This document shows, piece by piece, positions 49,394 through 59,047 of a stretch of 64,000 bases of DNA. A program made the translations under genes and the position numbers. This DNA is from a virus, in IMG/VR virus record IMGVR_UViG_3300025018_000113, positions 34,733 to 98,732 of that record. One strand, written 5' to 3'. The notes beneath the pieces were generated by a model. The model ran no database searches, was not told the origin of the DNA, and worked only from the letters and a program-made list of their open reading frames with translations. Every line of letters begins with the position of its first letter. Within the stretch, counting starts at the first letter, position 1.

Positions 49394-49882
49394 ATGTTGA
49401 ATCAATTTTTTAGTTTTAAGTTTCTTAAAGTTTTGTTTGACCAGAACAAAACAATTGACACTTACGTGACAGATAACACAAAAACAAAAATTCAAAGAAA
49501 GACAGCTGGAACAACTTACACTGGTGGAGTTTACCCTGGTGTTGTTGCAACAAACCTAACATTCAATAATCTTGAAGCTGGAAAGTGGTATAGGGCTTCT
49601 GGTATGCTATCATTGGAAAGAACGAACAACACAAGTGGAACATCAGCACGTGTTTATATTTCTGGTGTGGCAGAAGAAAAACTTGTTGGTGGTCAACGTG
49701 CTGATAATCTAACTGGTCAACATATTATAAACCACTATTTCAGTCACAGATTCCAAGCACAATCAAACGGACAATTAACTTTTCTAGTCACTGGTGGTGC
49801 GGCAAACGCTATTCTTGGTACTGACTCTTTTGTTGACCTTGAAGAACTTCCAAACCACGAACAAACAACACAATGGACTTAA
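49394..49882 (+). CDS. fibre-tip-like protein, family B copy 1
   Basis: TKTKIQ...L.FNNL..GK.Y...LEELPNHEQTTQWT. Confidence 0.6.
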   Translation: MLNQFFSFKFLKVLFDQNKTIDTYVTDNTKTKIQRKTAGTTYTGGVYPGVVATNLTFNNLEAGKWYRASGMLSLERTNNTSGTSARVYISGVAEEKLVGGQRADNLTGQHIINHYFSHRFQAQSNGQLTFLVTGGAANAILGTDSFVDLEELPNHEQTTQWT

Positions 49883-49896
49883 TTAAGGAATAAAAC

Positions 49897-51183
49897 ATGT
49901 CAGTAAAAGGACAAAACACAAAATCAATTAGAAAGAAGTCATTGCCAAACACAAGACTTCTAGTTGTTGGAACACAAAATTTCAAGGTTCATCACGCACC
50001 TTCAATTATTGGTTCAGCTTATATTGACCTGACAAATCTTGAAGTTCCAATTGGACTTTCAAACCCAGCACCAACAACAATTGCAAAAATGCGTTTGAAA
50101 GATTTTTCAAACAACTGGTTTCTGACTTCTAATTTAAGACCAATGTGGATGGAAGGAATTTCATTTGAAATTGTTTCAAATTCAACAATTAGACTTCTTT
50201 CAGGTTATGAATCACTTGAAGATGAAGTTTTCACAATTCAATATTTCAACCACACAATCAACGGAACTGTGATTGCTGATGTACGAACACCAAACGCATC
50301 AGGAACACTTCTTGAAGGACAAACAGACTTCAACCTTGGTGAAGCACTCCCAATAAAAGAACTTTCAAGCCAATGGCCCATTCAAGTTTACAGGGGAACA
50401 GTTGGAACACCAATGTTGAGAAACGCAAACAATGCGGCCTACACTGGTGATGATTCGATTGGAAACTATGAAATGGTTGACCGTGGTGACGGTTACTGTC
50501 AGGTGATAAGATTCAACATTGCTGGTGACGTTGGCGGTGAACCTGTATTTTGGGCCAACCACGGGGCATTAGGTGAAAGACCTGACCTTTCAGTTCTTCA
50601 ACGTGTGGACAAGATTCATGGAATAATGGACAAAATGCGTGAAGACTTATTGGCCGTGACTGGAAACGATGTTGAAGACCCAACAAGATATGATGAAGGC
50701 GTTCCAACACAAAGTGATTTGAAATCATTTGGTGACATTGTAGGAAAATTAAACTTATTTTATGATGTTGCACAAAAACTTTCAGAATTCACAAAAACAA
50801 AAATTCAAATTAAACACCAACCATCACACGTAACAGTTGGTGGCGTTCTATCAACACTATCATTCAATAATCTTATTGTTGGAAAAAAATATAAATTGAC
50901 AGCGCAAGTTTTAGGCGACCATAACGGTGCGGCTGGAAGTGTAAACTTGGGTATTACTTGGACAAATAGTGCTGTCATCGTAGGCAGGGTGTATAACAAA
51001 GACACTTCTGGTCAAGAAGAATGGACAGGAAATGTAATAAGTACGTTCACAGCCACACACCCAACACTAACAGCAACATTTATTCGAGTTGGTGGAAGAT
51101 TATTAGGGGATGGAACAAAACAACATACTTATGCAGAACTTGAAGAACTTCCAAATCATGAAGAAACTACACAATGGACTTAA
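49897..51183 (+). CDS. fibre protein ending in a family B domain
   Basis: C-terminal ~130 aa paralogous to 49394-49882. Confidence 0.6.
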   Translation: MSVKGQNTKSIRKKSLPNTRLLVVGTQNFKVHHAPSIIGSAYIDLTNLEVPIGLSNPAPTTIAKMRLKDFSNNWFLTSNLRPMWMEGISFEIVSNSTIRLLSGYESLEDEVFTIQYFNHTINGTVIADVRTPNASGTLLEGQTDFNLGEALPIKELSSQWPIQVYRGTVGTPMLRNANNAAYTGDDSIGNYEMVDRGDGYCQVIRFNIAGDVGGEPVFWANHGALGERPDLSVLQRVDKIHGIMDKMREDLLAVTGNDVEDPTRYDEGVPTQSDLKSFGDIVGKLNLFYDVAQKLSEFTKTKIQIKHQPSHVTVGGVLSTLSFNNLIVGKKYKLTAQVLGDHNGAAGSVNLGITWTNSAVIVGRVYNKDTSGQEEWTGNVISTFTATHPTLTATFIRVGGRLLGDGTKQHTYAELEELPNHEETTQWT

Positions 51184-51198
51184 TTTAAGGAAATAGTT

Positions 51199-51645
51199 AT
51201 GAACGCATTAGCAATTTTTTCATCAGCATGGTTAAGTAAACTTTCATCAATTTTTAGAACAACTTACTATGTAAGGGCGGCTGGAAATGCTGGTGAAAGT
51301 GTCACAGAGGGTGTGACAAATATACCGTTCATAGAAATTGAAGACACTGGAAATGTCTTTAATGGTTCGCAAATCATTATGCCTTTTAACGGGATTGTTG
51401 ATGTAACAATTAAAACAGACTTAACACCAGCTGGTGGGAATTATTCGCCAGTGGTTTACATTGACGGTCAACCAGAAGCAGTTCTTGATATGTTTGCACC
51501 AACTTCTAGTAGCAAGGGTGGAAACTACAAAAGAAAACTTAACCAAGGGCAAATTATTTCTTTTAGATTTTTTAATATTGGAACGCAAAACGTGGTCAAC
51601 GATGTACTAGAACACTGGTTGACAGCAACAATAACAAGACTGTAA
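51199..51645 (+). CDS. C1q/TNF-like beta-sandwich fibre tip
   Basis: IPF...D....F......P..G pattern. Confidence 0.5.
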   Translation: MNALAIFSSAWLSKLSSIFRTTYYVRAAGNAGESVTEGVTNIPFIEIEDTGNVFNGSQIIMPFNGIVDVTIKTDLTPAGGNYSPVVYIDGQPEAVLDMFAPTSSSKGGNYKRKLNQGQIISFRFFNIGTQNVVNDVLEHWLTATITRL

Positions 51646-51660
51646 TTAAGGAAATAAAAT

Positions 51661-52602
51661 ATGACTCCAAGAATAGACGGCCTAGACAGAAATTTTCTCA
51701 TGAACGCTGGTTTTAATTACTGGCAAAGAACACTTTCAAAACTTGTCAACAACGGTTCAGTTGAATATGTTGCTGACCGATGGATTATGGGGCCAGGCAT
51801 TGATGGAACAGCTGGAAGTCAAACAACCTATTCAAGGCAAACAGACACACCAGACAATAAGGTTCAATATTCAGCACAAGCGGTTGGAAGTTATGTTCCT
51901 AATGAAGAATTTTCATTCTTCCAGCGTGTGGAATCAATCTTTGCAAGGTTACTTTCAAATAAGAAAACATCACTTGCTTTTAATTATAAAACTGATGGGT
52001 GTGATGAAGTAAGAGTAAAAATTTTGAAACCAACAGTGTCAGACACATTTTCTACACTGACAGAACTTTACAATCAAACACTTCCAGTTCTTGATGACAA
52101 CAATTGGAATGAAATAAAAATTGAAAATCTTGACTTAGGTGAAGTGAATAACGGTCTTCAAGTTCAGATTACTTTTATTTCAAACACAACTGGTGTTGTG
52201 ACAACAAAAATTGCAAAACCTAAACTTAATATAGGAACAAGGGCACAACAGTTTTCACTTGCAGGCCGTGACTTGGTTGAAGAACTTCAATTGTGTCAAA
52301 GATACTTTGAAAAAAGTTATAACATAAACACACCAGTTGGAAGTATAGCAAATGAAGCATATCATTACAGCCGTGGTGATGCTGGAAGTGACAGGTTTAA
52401 GGTTCAGAAAAGAACTGACCCTGTTACTGTAATTTATTCACCAATAACTGGTGCCGCAAACACAGCACGTGACCTGTCAGCACCAGCCGAACGGTCATTA
52501 GGTCTTAATGAGTCATCACAACATGGAATAAGATGGTTTGTAAGTTCAACACCAACTGGAAACGCTATTGGCCTACACTGGGCCGCTGATGCTGAACTTT
52601 AA
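51661..52602 (+). CDS. receptor-binding/fibre protein, family A copy 2
   Basis: NFLMN..F..WQR, DRW, LCQRYFEKSY, WAADAEL. Confidence 0.7.
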   Translation: MTPRIDGLDRNFLMNAGFNYWQRTLSKLVNNGSVEYVADRWIMGPGIDGTAGSQTTYSRQTDTPDNKVQYSAQAVGSYVPNEEFSFFQRVESIFARLLSNKKTSLAFNYKTDGCDEVRVKILKPTVSDTFSTLTELYNQTLPVLDDNNWNEIKIENLDLGEVNNGLQVQITFISNTTGVVTTKIAKPKLNIGTRAQQFSLAGRDLVEELQLCQRYFEKSYNINTPVGSIANEAYHYSRGDAGSDRFKVQKRTDPVTVIYSPITGAANTARDLSAPAERSLGLNESSQHGIRWFVSSTPTGNAIGLHWAADAEL

Positions 52603-52617
52603 GGAAGGAATAAAAAT

Positions 52618-53580
52618 ATGAGCGCAATAAATCTTGCTTCAAAATTAGGTGAAAATCTTATAATCAACCCACTGGTTGATATTTGGCAACGTGGAACAAG
52701 TTTTTCAAATTTAGGTTCTGGAATTTATGGGCCTGACCGTTTTAGAACATCAACGAACGCGGCCACAATGCGAATCAATATTGCACGTTCAACTGATGTT
52801 CCAACAGATTCTTTTGCAAACTATTCATCAAGACTGACATTGAATTCAGCACCAGCCGCAATTGGTGCAAGTGAATTCTATGGTTACATCCAACAGATTG
52901 AAGGTTACAACGCTAGAAAAATTTATAACAAGAACGCTTATTTTGTGATGTTTATAAAATCAAGTGTGACTGGTTATTTTGCTTTAAGCATTGGAACATC
53001 GGCTGGTGACCAAAGATTTTCTTCTAGGGTGAACATTACACAAGCAAACACTTGGACAAAAATTAAAATTCCAGTAAAGAAAATAGAAACTTCACTAGGT
53101 GGGACATTCGAGAAAACAAACAGTGCTGGACTTTACGCAAGTTTGATTCTTTCAGCTGGTGCAAGTGCTGTTGTTGACAATGAAAACACTTGGTTTCTTG
53201 ATGGTGGAACTAAACTTGGAATTGCTGGACAAATTGATTTTGGAAACAGTTCTGGAATTGAAGTTTATACTACTCAATGGCAATTGCATGAAGGCATTGA
53301 TGAAATTCCTTATCACCAACTTCACAGGGACTTTGGAACAGAAGTTGAACTTTGCCAGCGTTATTATGAATTGATGAATGGTTCAATATTTGGAACACAG
53401 GCTGGTGCAAACTACGTTGCTTGGTTTTTTAAGCAAGGCAAAAGGGTTGTTCCAGTGCTAACAGGGGCACTTTATGGAAGTTCAAGTGTGGCCAACATAG
53501 GAACTGAACGTGTTCTTTATACAAGTGCGGTTGCAAACTATGCTGGTGTTTCAAACCCAACCGCTGATGCTGAATTGTAA
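52618..53580 (+). CDS. receptor-binding/fibre protein, family A copy 3
   Basis: NLIIN...IWQRG, DRF, ELCQRYY, ADAEL. Confidence 0.7.
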   Translation: MSAINLASKLGENLIINPLVDIWQRGTSFSNLGSGIYGPDRFRTSTNAATMRINIARSTDVPTDSFANYSSRLTLNSAPAAIGASEFYGYIQQIEGYNARKIYNKNAYFVMFIKSSVTGYFALSIGTSAGDQRFSSRVNITQANTWTKIKIPVKKIETSLGGTFEKTNSAGLYASLILSAGASAVVDNENTWFLDGGTKLGIAGQIDFGNSSGIEVYTTQWQLHEGIDEIPYHQLHRDFGTEVELCQRYYELMNGSIFGTQAGANYVAWFFKQGKRVVPVLTGALYGSSSVANIGTERVLYTSAVANYAGVSNPTADAEL

Positions 53581-53648
53581 TTGTCAACTAATTGAAAAGG
53601 TGCAAAAATTTTTATAAAATGTAATAATAATTTAAGGGGAAAAAGCAA

Positions 53649-54308
53649 ATGAAAAAAGCATTAGTTTATGTAAAAGAAATAGATGGAAGAAGTGTTGGTT
53701 CTGTTGCAATGAAAATGGAATCAGCTGAACTTGATAAGTGGACACACCACCATGTTTCGGGCGGCTTTGCACAGAAAATTGAAGTGCCAGCTGAACTTGA
53801 AGAACTTCCAGAATCACAACTTAAAGGCGTTTTAATTCAGGCACAACCTGAAAGCTGGACTGATGGTGTTGACACTGTTTTCACAGCACCAGAAGACATG
53901 ACTGGTTGGACTTATCAACCAGCTGTTGCGGCCAACTGGGAAATTCAAAAGGGTGACACTTTCATTGCTTACGACAAACAAAAACGTGTTGGTGAAAAAT
54001 TCGCACTTCTAAATTCAGAAGTTGAAGAAGAAATGAAACAAGTTTACAACACAACAAACCCAGACAGTGCGGTTGCAAATTACCTGACTTGGCTTTCAAT
54101 GAAAAATGACCCAGCAAAATATGCAAACAAGGGATTGATTGCACGTTTCAATGTTGTTGGTCTTTCAATCGGTGATGCCCTTAATACTTCACAAAAAGTT
54201 CAAGATTATGCAACAGCACTAATTGACCTTGCTGATGATTATGCAATTTGGCGTGAACAAAAAATTCTTGCGTTCGTTGCAGAAAAAACAGCAATTGAAG
54301 CTGAATAA
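53649..54308 (+). CDS. putative tail fibre assembly protein
   Basis: Position after the fibre cluster; helical C-terminus. Confidence 0.4.
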   Translation: MKKALVYVKEIDGRSVGSVAMKMESAELDKWTHHHVSGGFAQKIEVPAELEELPESQLKGVLIQAQPESWTDGVDTVFTAPEDMTGWTYQPAVAANWEIQKGDTFIAYDKQKRVGEKFALLNSEVEEEMKQVYNTTNPDSAVANYLTWLSMKNDPAKYANKGLIARFNVVGLSIGDALNTSQKVQDYATALIDLADDYAIWREQKILAFVAEKTAIEAE

Positions 54309-54337
54309 ATAGGCGCACAGACAGGGGGAAATTTCCC

Positions 54338-54850
54338 ATGTTACGAACGAACACCAAGGACGGGCACAAAATGATTGAAAAAACACCACACATGAGTGTT
54401 GAAGTGTGCAGGGAAGTGATTCACAGTGTTGGTCAATTCCCTGTTCAAAAAACAATATTAGCAACATTCTTTTGCACTTACAGTCATGCAATGGGCGGTG
54501 GTGAAGTTTTCATTCCAGTCTTTATGCTGGTTCTTTTCGATGCAATCACAGGTGTGATGAAATCAGTAAGAAATGGAACTTTCAGCTGGTCACAGGGTTT
54601 CAAAAGGTCAGCACAAAAATTCACAGTTTACGTGATTATGATTTTAGCTTCTGGTGTTCTTGATGTTGAATTCCCAGGCAATTATGCAATCACAACCATG
54701 AAAACATTCCTAATGGTAACAGAAGCAATTTCCATTCTTGAAAACATAGGTCAAATGGGTTGGCCAGTGCCATTAAAGCTTTTAGAAATGCTAAAATTAC
54801 AACGAACCGCATTAAACAAGAAGCCTGAACAGGAAAAGAAAGAAGATTGA
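54338..54850 (+). CDS. holin (Phage_holin_4_1-like)
   Basis: D.ITG..K, GF...K, E..SILEN..G.PVP; hydrophobic segments; start uncertain (54338/54371/54392). Confidence 0.85.
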   Translation: MLRTNTKDGHKMIEKTPHMSVEVCREVIHSVGQFPVQKTILATFFCTYSHAMGGGEVFIPVFMLVLFDAITGVMKSVRNGTFSWSQGFKRSAQKFTVYVIMILASGVLDVEFPGNYAITTMKTFLMVTEAISILENIGQMGWPVPLKLLEMLKLQRTALNKKPEQEKKED

Positions 54851-54921
54851 ATTTGATGTTTGACACTTTACAAACTACAATTATGAAAAACGTAAACCAA
54901 TAACCACAAGGAAGGTTGAAG

Positions 54922-55335
54922 ATGAAAAATGTATTTTTACCGCTTTTAATTTTATTCACAATGACAATGGCAAGCTGTTCATTCTTTCAAGGAAAGGTGA
55001 TTCCAGCCGCTAAAAAATCAGCATCAGAAAAAATCACACAAGCAATTGTGAAGACTGGTGAATGTAAGGCCGCTGATGTCATCAAAGCCGATGTTGATAA
55101 GCTTCTAAAAATTGAAGCTGATGAATCAATGGTTGTAAAAGCACTAGGTGAATCAGCACCAGAAGGCGCACAGGAAGAAGGGCTTGTTTCTGAAATTTGT
55201 AAATCGGCCGCAAAACTTGCACTTCCAGTTCTACTTCAAAAAGGTGTTCCAGAAAAATGGGAATGTGCTTTGACTGACTTAGGTTCAAAGGTGGGTTTGC
55301 TTGCTGAACAAGCTTGTGGCCAAATTCCGCTTTAA
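54922..55335 (+). CDS. lipoprotein
   Basis: Signal peptide ending in lipobox MASC. Confidence 0.7.
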   Translation: MKNVFLPLLILFTMTMASCSFFQGKVIPAAKKSASEKITQAIVKTGECKAADVIKADVDKLLKIEADESMVVKALGESAPEGAQEEGLVSEICKSAAKLALPVLLQKGVPEKWECALTDLGSKVGLLAEQACGQIPL

Positions 55336-55363
55336 TTTGAATCGAATTTTTTAGATATAAATT

Positions 55364-55395
55364 AAGGTGGGTGTTCGTGCCCACCTTTTTATTTT
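55364..55395 (+). terminator. intrinsic terminator
   Basis: AAGGTGGG...TTCG...CCCACCTT plus T-run. Confidence 0.75.
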
Positions 55396-55408
55396 ACGGG
55401 GGTGAATT

Positions 55409-55666
55409 ATGCCAATTCCAACTGGGATTTTAGGAATAATCGGTGGTGGTGTTGAGATTGCAAAACAAATTCTTATCAGAAAAAACACACAAGAAAGCCG
55501 AAAATATGTTGATGAATATTTAGAAGCTGAAAAGGCTTTACTTGCTGAAAGGTCAAAACCAATGGAAGACCAACTGGACAACGTGGTTGAACACTTTGAA
55601 GCTAAGTTGAAGATTCTTTTTGAGGCCGCAAAACAAGCTTATATTGCTGACCAGGCTGGTAAGTGA
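55409..55666 (+). CDS. small membrane-associated helical protein (possible lysis accessory)
   Basis: Hydrophobic N-terminus; overlaps the downstream lipoprotein start. Confidence 0.45.
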   Translation: MPIPTGILGIIGGGVEIAKQILIRKNTQESRKYVDEYLEAEKALLAERSKPMEDQLDNVVEHFEAKLKILFEAAKQAYIADQAGK

Positions 55667-56172
55667 TGAAGTCTTTATTGACGATTGTGGCGTTCATTTT
55701 TGTTGCTATCACAATGACTGGTTGTGCTGGTTTCAAAGAGTGGTCAAAAGACGTGATGGAACCAAAAACGGTTTATGATGAAGTTCATGAAAACCATCTT
55801 GCACTTGCAAAGCAAAGGTTGATTCCACGGCCAGGCCATGAAGGTAAACTGACAAACCAAGTGTGTTTGAAATTTTACGGTGATAAGTGTGAACAGAAAT
55901 CTTTGAAGGAATATGACCTTCAAGATGCAAACATTAGAAAGCAATTAAATGAATTCAAAATTGCTTGCAATGTTGGTGGGAAACGCTATCGAATTTGTAA
56001 AGATGAACCTGGCCTTTGTCGTTCAGAAAAGGTTTGTGTGAAATGGGGCAAGACACTTTTTCAAAGAAAGAAAGTTTGCCGTGAACATGGTGTGAAGAAA
56101 ACTGTTCTTCATGCTGTGAATGATTATGAATTTCTGTTGAATGGTGCAACAGAATGTAAACAAGGACTTTAA
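55663..56172 (+). CDS. Cys-rich lipoprotein (possible o-spanin)
   Basis: Lipobox MTGC; lysis region. Confidence 0.6.
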   Translation: MMKSLLTIVAFIFVAITMTGCAGFKEWSKDVMEPKTVYDEVHENHLALAKQRLIPRPGHEGKLTNQVCLKFYGDKCEQKSLKEYDLQDANIRKQLNEFKIACNVGGKRYRICKDEPGLCRSEKVCVKWGKTLFQRKKVCREHGVKKTVLHAVNDYEFLLNGATECKQGL

Positions 56173-56174
56173 TT

Positions 56175-56399
56175 ATGTTCAAAGTAAACGATGAAGTTTT
56201 AGTGACCTGTCAGGTTTTAAGAAAACACCCACAAACAGGTGTTCCAGAAACAATCAATTTAAGCGGTGAAGCTGGTGTTGTAAAGAAGGCATCAACTTTT
56301 GAAAATGCACCAGCTAAGAACACATATCATGTTCAAACGCAATATGGTGTTCATTTTGTAAATGAAACAAAGTTGGCACCAAAGCCACCAGCACCTTAA
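56175..56399 (+). CDS. small SH3/KOW-like protein
   Basis: FKVND.V...G.V...Y.V...E..L pattern. Confidence 0.5.
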   Translation: MFKVNDEVLVTCQVLRKHPQTGVPETINLSGEAGVVKKASTFENAPAKNTYHVQTQYGVHFVNETKLAPKPPAP

Positions 56400-56444
56400 A
56401 CTTATAAACAACTTCACAATTCTTAAATGAAAATTGGGGGAAAT

Positions 56445-57035
56445 ATGGAAAAAGAAATGACACCAAAAGAAAAATTCGATGCTGAAATGAAAAGCATCAA
56501 TGCAACACTTTCAAAAGATGCACCAGAAAAACAAGCTGGTTTCAGTGATGAAGAAGTTGAAGAACTTGAAGAAGAAGTTGAAGCAATCAATGAAGCAATT
56601 GAAGAAAGTGAAACTGTGATTGACAAATCAATGGGTGAAACCAAAGTTGAAGTCACAAAAGAACAGTTCAACAGCATGAAGCAAGAACAAGAAAAAATGA
56701 AAATCTTGCACCAACTTTCACAGGCTGGTGGGTTGAAGGCCGAAAAGCTTTCACCAGAACAAGAAGCTAAAATGCAAAAACTTTTCAAACTTGAACGTGA
56801 TGGAAAACTTGCTGACCCAGTGTTGAAACACTTACTAAGTAAGAAAGTAAAAATTGCACAAGACAAAGTGAAGTTGGACATTCAAGCAAAAGAAATGCAA
56901 ATGAAACTTGTTCTTGAATTTAAGAAGCTGGCCGATGCCACCATGAAATGCGTTGGGGCAACCAACACTTTCAATGCTTCAATTCTGGAATATGTTGAAG
57001 AAAACCCAGGCGTTCTTGATGAAGGCAATTCTTGA
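56445..57035 (+). CDS. coiled-coil hypothetical protein
   Basis: GGGGG SD; acidic and helical. Confidence 0.6.
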   Translation: MEKEMTPKEKFDAEMKSINATLSKDAPEKQAGFSDEEVEELEEEVEAINEAIEESETVIDKSMGETKVEVTKEQFNSMKQEQEKMKILHQLSQAGGLKAEKLSPEQEAKMQKLFKLERDGKLADPVLKHLLSKKVKIAQDKVKLDIQAKEMQMKLVLEFKKLADATMKCVGATNTFNASILEYVEENPGVLDEGNS

Positions 57036-57243
57036 ATTCAACCTTCCAGAAGAAAAGAGTGAACACGAACTTCATTTGAATGGGCCAGCACTATTTGCGG
57101 CCCTTCATAACATAAAAGAAAAGGTGTTTCACAAAGTTGATGAAGGGGAACTTCCTGACCGTGAAACACGGGTTTACAGGGAAATTCACAACTTAATTCT
57201 GGAAGAACTTGAAGCTTATGAAATTCAGGGTTTGTTTTCATAA
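57019..57243 (+). CDS. small hypothetical protein
   Basis: MKAILEFNLPEE N-terminus; overlaps the upstream stop. Confidence 0.55.
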   Translation: MKAILEFNLPEEKSEHELHLNGPALFAALHNIKEKVFHKVDEGELPDRETRVYREIHNLILEELEAYEIQGLFS

Positions 57244-57249
57244 GCGGTT

Positions 57250-57268
57250 TGTTATACAATGTTATACA
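57250..57268 (+). promoter_or_regulatory. tandem operator B
   Basis: TGTTATACAATGTTATACA. Confidence 0.7.
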
Positions 57269-57302
57269 AAAGAAATAAAACCATAACACAAAGGGGTGGA
57301 AT

Positions 57303-57539
57303 ATGAAAAAAATTGGACAAAGAAGTGGTGCTGGTCTTTCCAGCGGTCACAGCAATCAATCACAGTCTTCTGATGCTGAACTTTTCGGTGCTGTTCGTGA
57401 TGAACTAGATGCAATGTCAGCTGGTCTTGAAATCACTTCACCTGATGCAAGTGACCTTGCAACAGCAATCACACTTGTGAATGAAATCAAAACTAAACTG
57501 AACGCTGTTGTGGCACTTGCAAAGCAATTTGAAAAGTAA
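57303..57539 (+). CDS. putative head fibre/decoration protein
   Basis: DASDLATAITLVNEIKTKLNA coiled-coil motif; own promoter and terminator. Confidence 0.5.
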   Translation: MKKIGQRSGAGLSSGHSNQSQSSDAELFGAVRDELDAMSAGLEITSPDASDLATAITLVNEIKTKLNAVVALAKQFEK

Positions 57540-57564
57540 AAATCAGTTTGATTCAAGTATAAAC

Positions 57565-57591
57565 AAAGCCACCTTCACAGGGTGGCTTTTT
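57565..57591 (+). terminator. intrinsic terminator
   Basis: AAAGCCACC...GGTGGCTTT plus TT. Confidence 0.75.
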
Positions 57592-57605
57592 CATTTGGGG
57601 TGACG

Positions 57606-58307
57606 ATGAAACCAACAAAAGAACTTTTACAAGAATACAATGACCTTTTCAAATCAATGGTTGTAAACAAGACACCATCAGTTGATGCAATCGTGAAAAA
57701 GATTCTTTCAGAAAGACATCAATATGAAGCTGTTGAAAAAGAAACTGGTGTTCCGTGGTATGTGATAGCAACAATTCACAATATGGAAGCAAGTTTGGAT
57801 TTTAGAAAACAACTTCACAATGGCCAGTTCTGGAATCAAAGAACAACTTGGGTTCCAAAAGGTCTTGGCCCTTGGGGAAGCTGGCATGAAGCGGCCGTTG
57901 ATGCTATGACTACATTAAAGAAAGACCTTCAACGTGTCTTTGGTGACTTTGAAGTTTTACAAATTTCTATGGTTTGTTATGCCTTTGAATCACATAATGG
58001 TTGGGGCTATCGCAAATTTCATTCACACGTTAAGTCACCTTACTTGTGGTCATTTTCTAATCACTACACAAAAGGAAAATATGTTGCTGATGGAAAATGG
58101 AGTGAAACAGCTGTCAGCGCACAAGTTGGTGCAATGGTCATCATCAAACAGTTGATGGAAAAAGCAAACATTCTGAATGGTGAACAATCAAGTGAACCAA
58201 CACCAATTCCAGAACCTAGTAAACCAGTTGAACCAAAACCAGCACCAAGGCCACCAGTGAGAGTTTCATTCTGGCAAAAGGTAAAACGCTTTTTTGGTTG
58301 GGGGTAA
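57606..58307 (+). CDS. endolysin, lysozyme-family (COG5526-like)
   Basis: H.ME...F...LHNG, NGWGY, SPYLWS, GKYVADG; Pro-rich linker and amphipathic C-terminus. Confidence 0.8.
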   Translation: MKPTKELLQEYNDLFKSMVVNKTPSVDAIVKKILSERHQYEAVEKETGVPWYVIATIHNMEASLDFRKQLHNGQFWNQRTTWVPKGLGPWGSWHEAAVDAMTTLKKDLQRVFGDFEVLQISMVCYAFESHNGWGYRKFHSHVKSPYLWSFSNHYTKGKYVADGKWSETAVSAQVGAMVIIKQLMEKANILNGEQSSEPTPIPEPSKPVEPKPAPRPPVRVSFWQKVKRFFGWG

Positions 58308-58308
58308 A

Positions 58309-58497
58309 ATGGAAAAGAAAAATGAAGTTGAAAAAATTCACAGGTTACCAAATGAAACATTTGAACAGTGTGTGAAGCGTGGAATTCCTGTTCTGATTTT
58401 AGAAGGAATGTCACCAGAACAGGCAAATGCGGCCGCACGTTCAATGTGTGAATTGAAGAAAGAAGAAAAAGATTTCTGGAAGGGTGTTCTTAATTGA
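58309..58497 (+). CDS. small hypothetical protein
   Basis: 62 aa; E.FEQC...EG.S.EQA.A...C. Confidence 0.5.
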   Translation: MEKKNEVEKIHRLPNETFEQCVKRGIPVLILEGMSPEQANAAARSMCELKKEEKDFWKGVLN

Positions 58498-58508
58498 ACA
58501 CCTTTCCT

Positions 58509-58988
58509 TTATGCTGAAAAAGAGTGAAAGCATTTTTCACGGTCAAGTTTCACTCTTTTAAGTTGAATGTATTCATTGCCAGCTTTGGAAGTTTTTCTTT
58601 CAGCTGATGCCTTCACGAAAATTCTTTCACCTTCTTGAAACTTTGAAACAAATTGACCGTAACAAGTAAAATAAGTTTCATCAGCACGTAAACTACCAAT
58701 GTGTTGTTCACGCTTACCTTGAATAAAAAGAACAAATTCACTTTCTTTTCGGCAAGAATAACAACCACCAGCTTTTGACATCAATTCACTAAAATCAAAA
58801 CGGTGCGTGAAATAAACTTTTTCAGGTTTGAAGTCATAGCCTGGCCCAACAGTTTCACACTCAAAAGAAACAACAAATTGTTTTGGGGTTGTGAAAATTC
58901 CACTGTTGCCAACATCGTGTGGCTGTTCAAAACGGTTTTCTTCAACCTTTGTTTCAACCTTCAAAATTTTCAATTCAAATTTTTCCAT
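58509..58988 (-). CDS. hypothetical protein (possible OB-fold C-terminus)
   Basis: 159-aa ORF with GGTGG SD. Confidence 0.6.
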   Translation of the reverse strand: MEKFELKILKVETKVEENRFEQPHDVGNSGIFTTPKQFVVSFECETVGPGYDFKPEKVYFTHRFDFSELMSKAGGCYSCRKESEFVLFIQGKREQHIGSLRADETYFTCYGQFVSKFQEGERIFVKASAERKTSKAGNEYIQLKRVKLDREKCFHSFSA

Positions 58989-59047
58989 AAACCACCACCA
59001 TCAAAAAGTTTACTTATCACTAATATTCTAAAAAGAAAAACCCTTGC

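Noticed and set aside
48438-53580. Diversity-generating retroelement or invertible shufflon in the fibre genes
   Set aside because: No reverse transcriptase or template repeat with adenine-specific mismatches in the window; all cassettes are co-oriented complete genes with direct, not inverted, repeats
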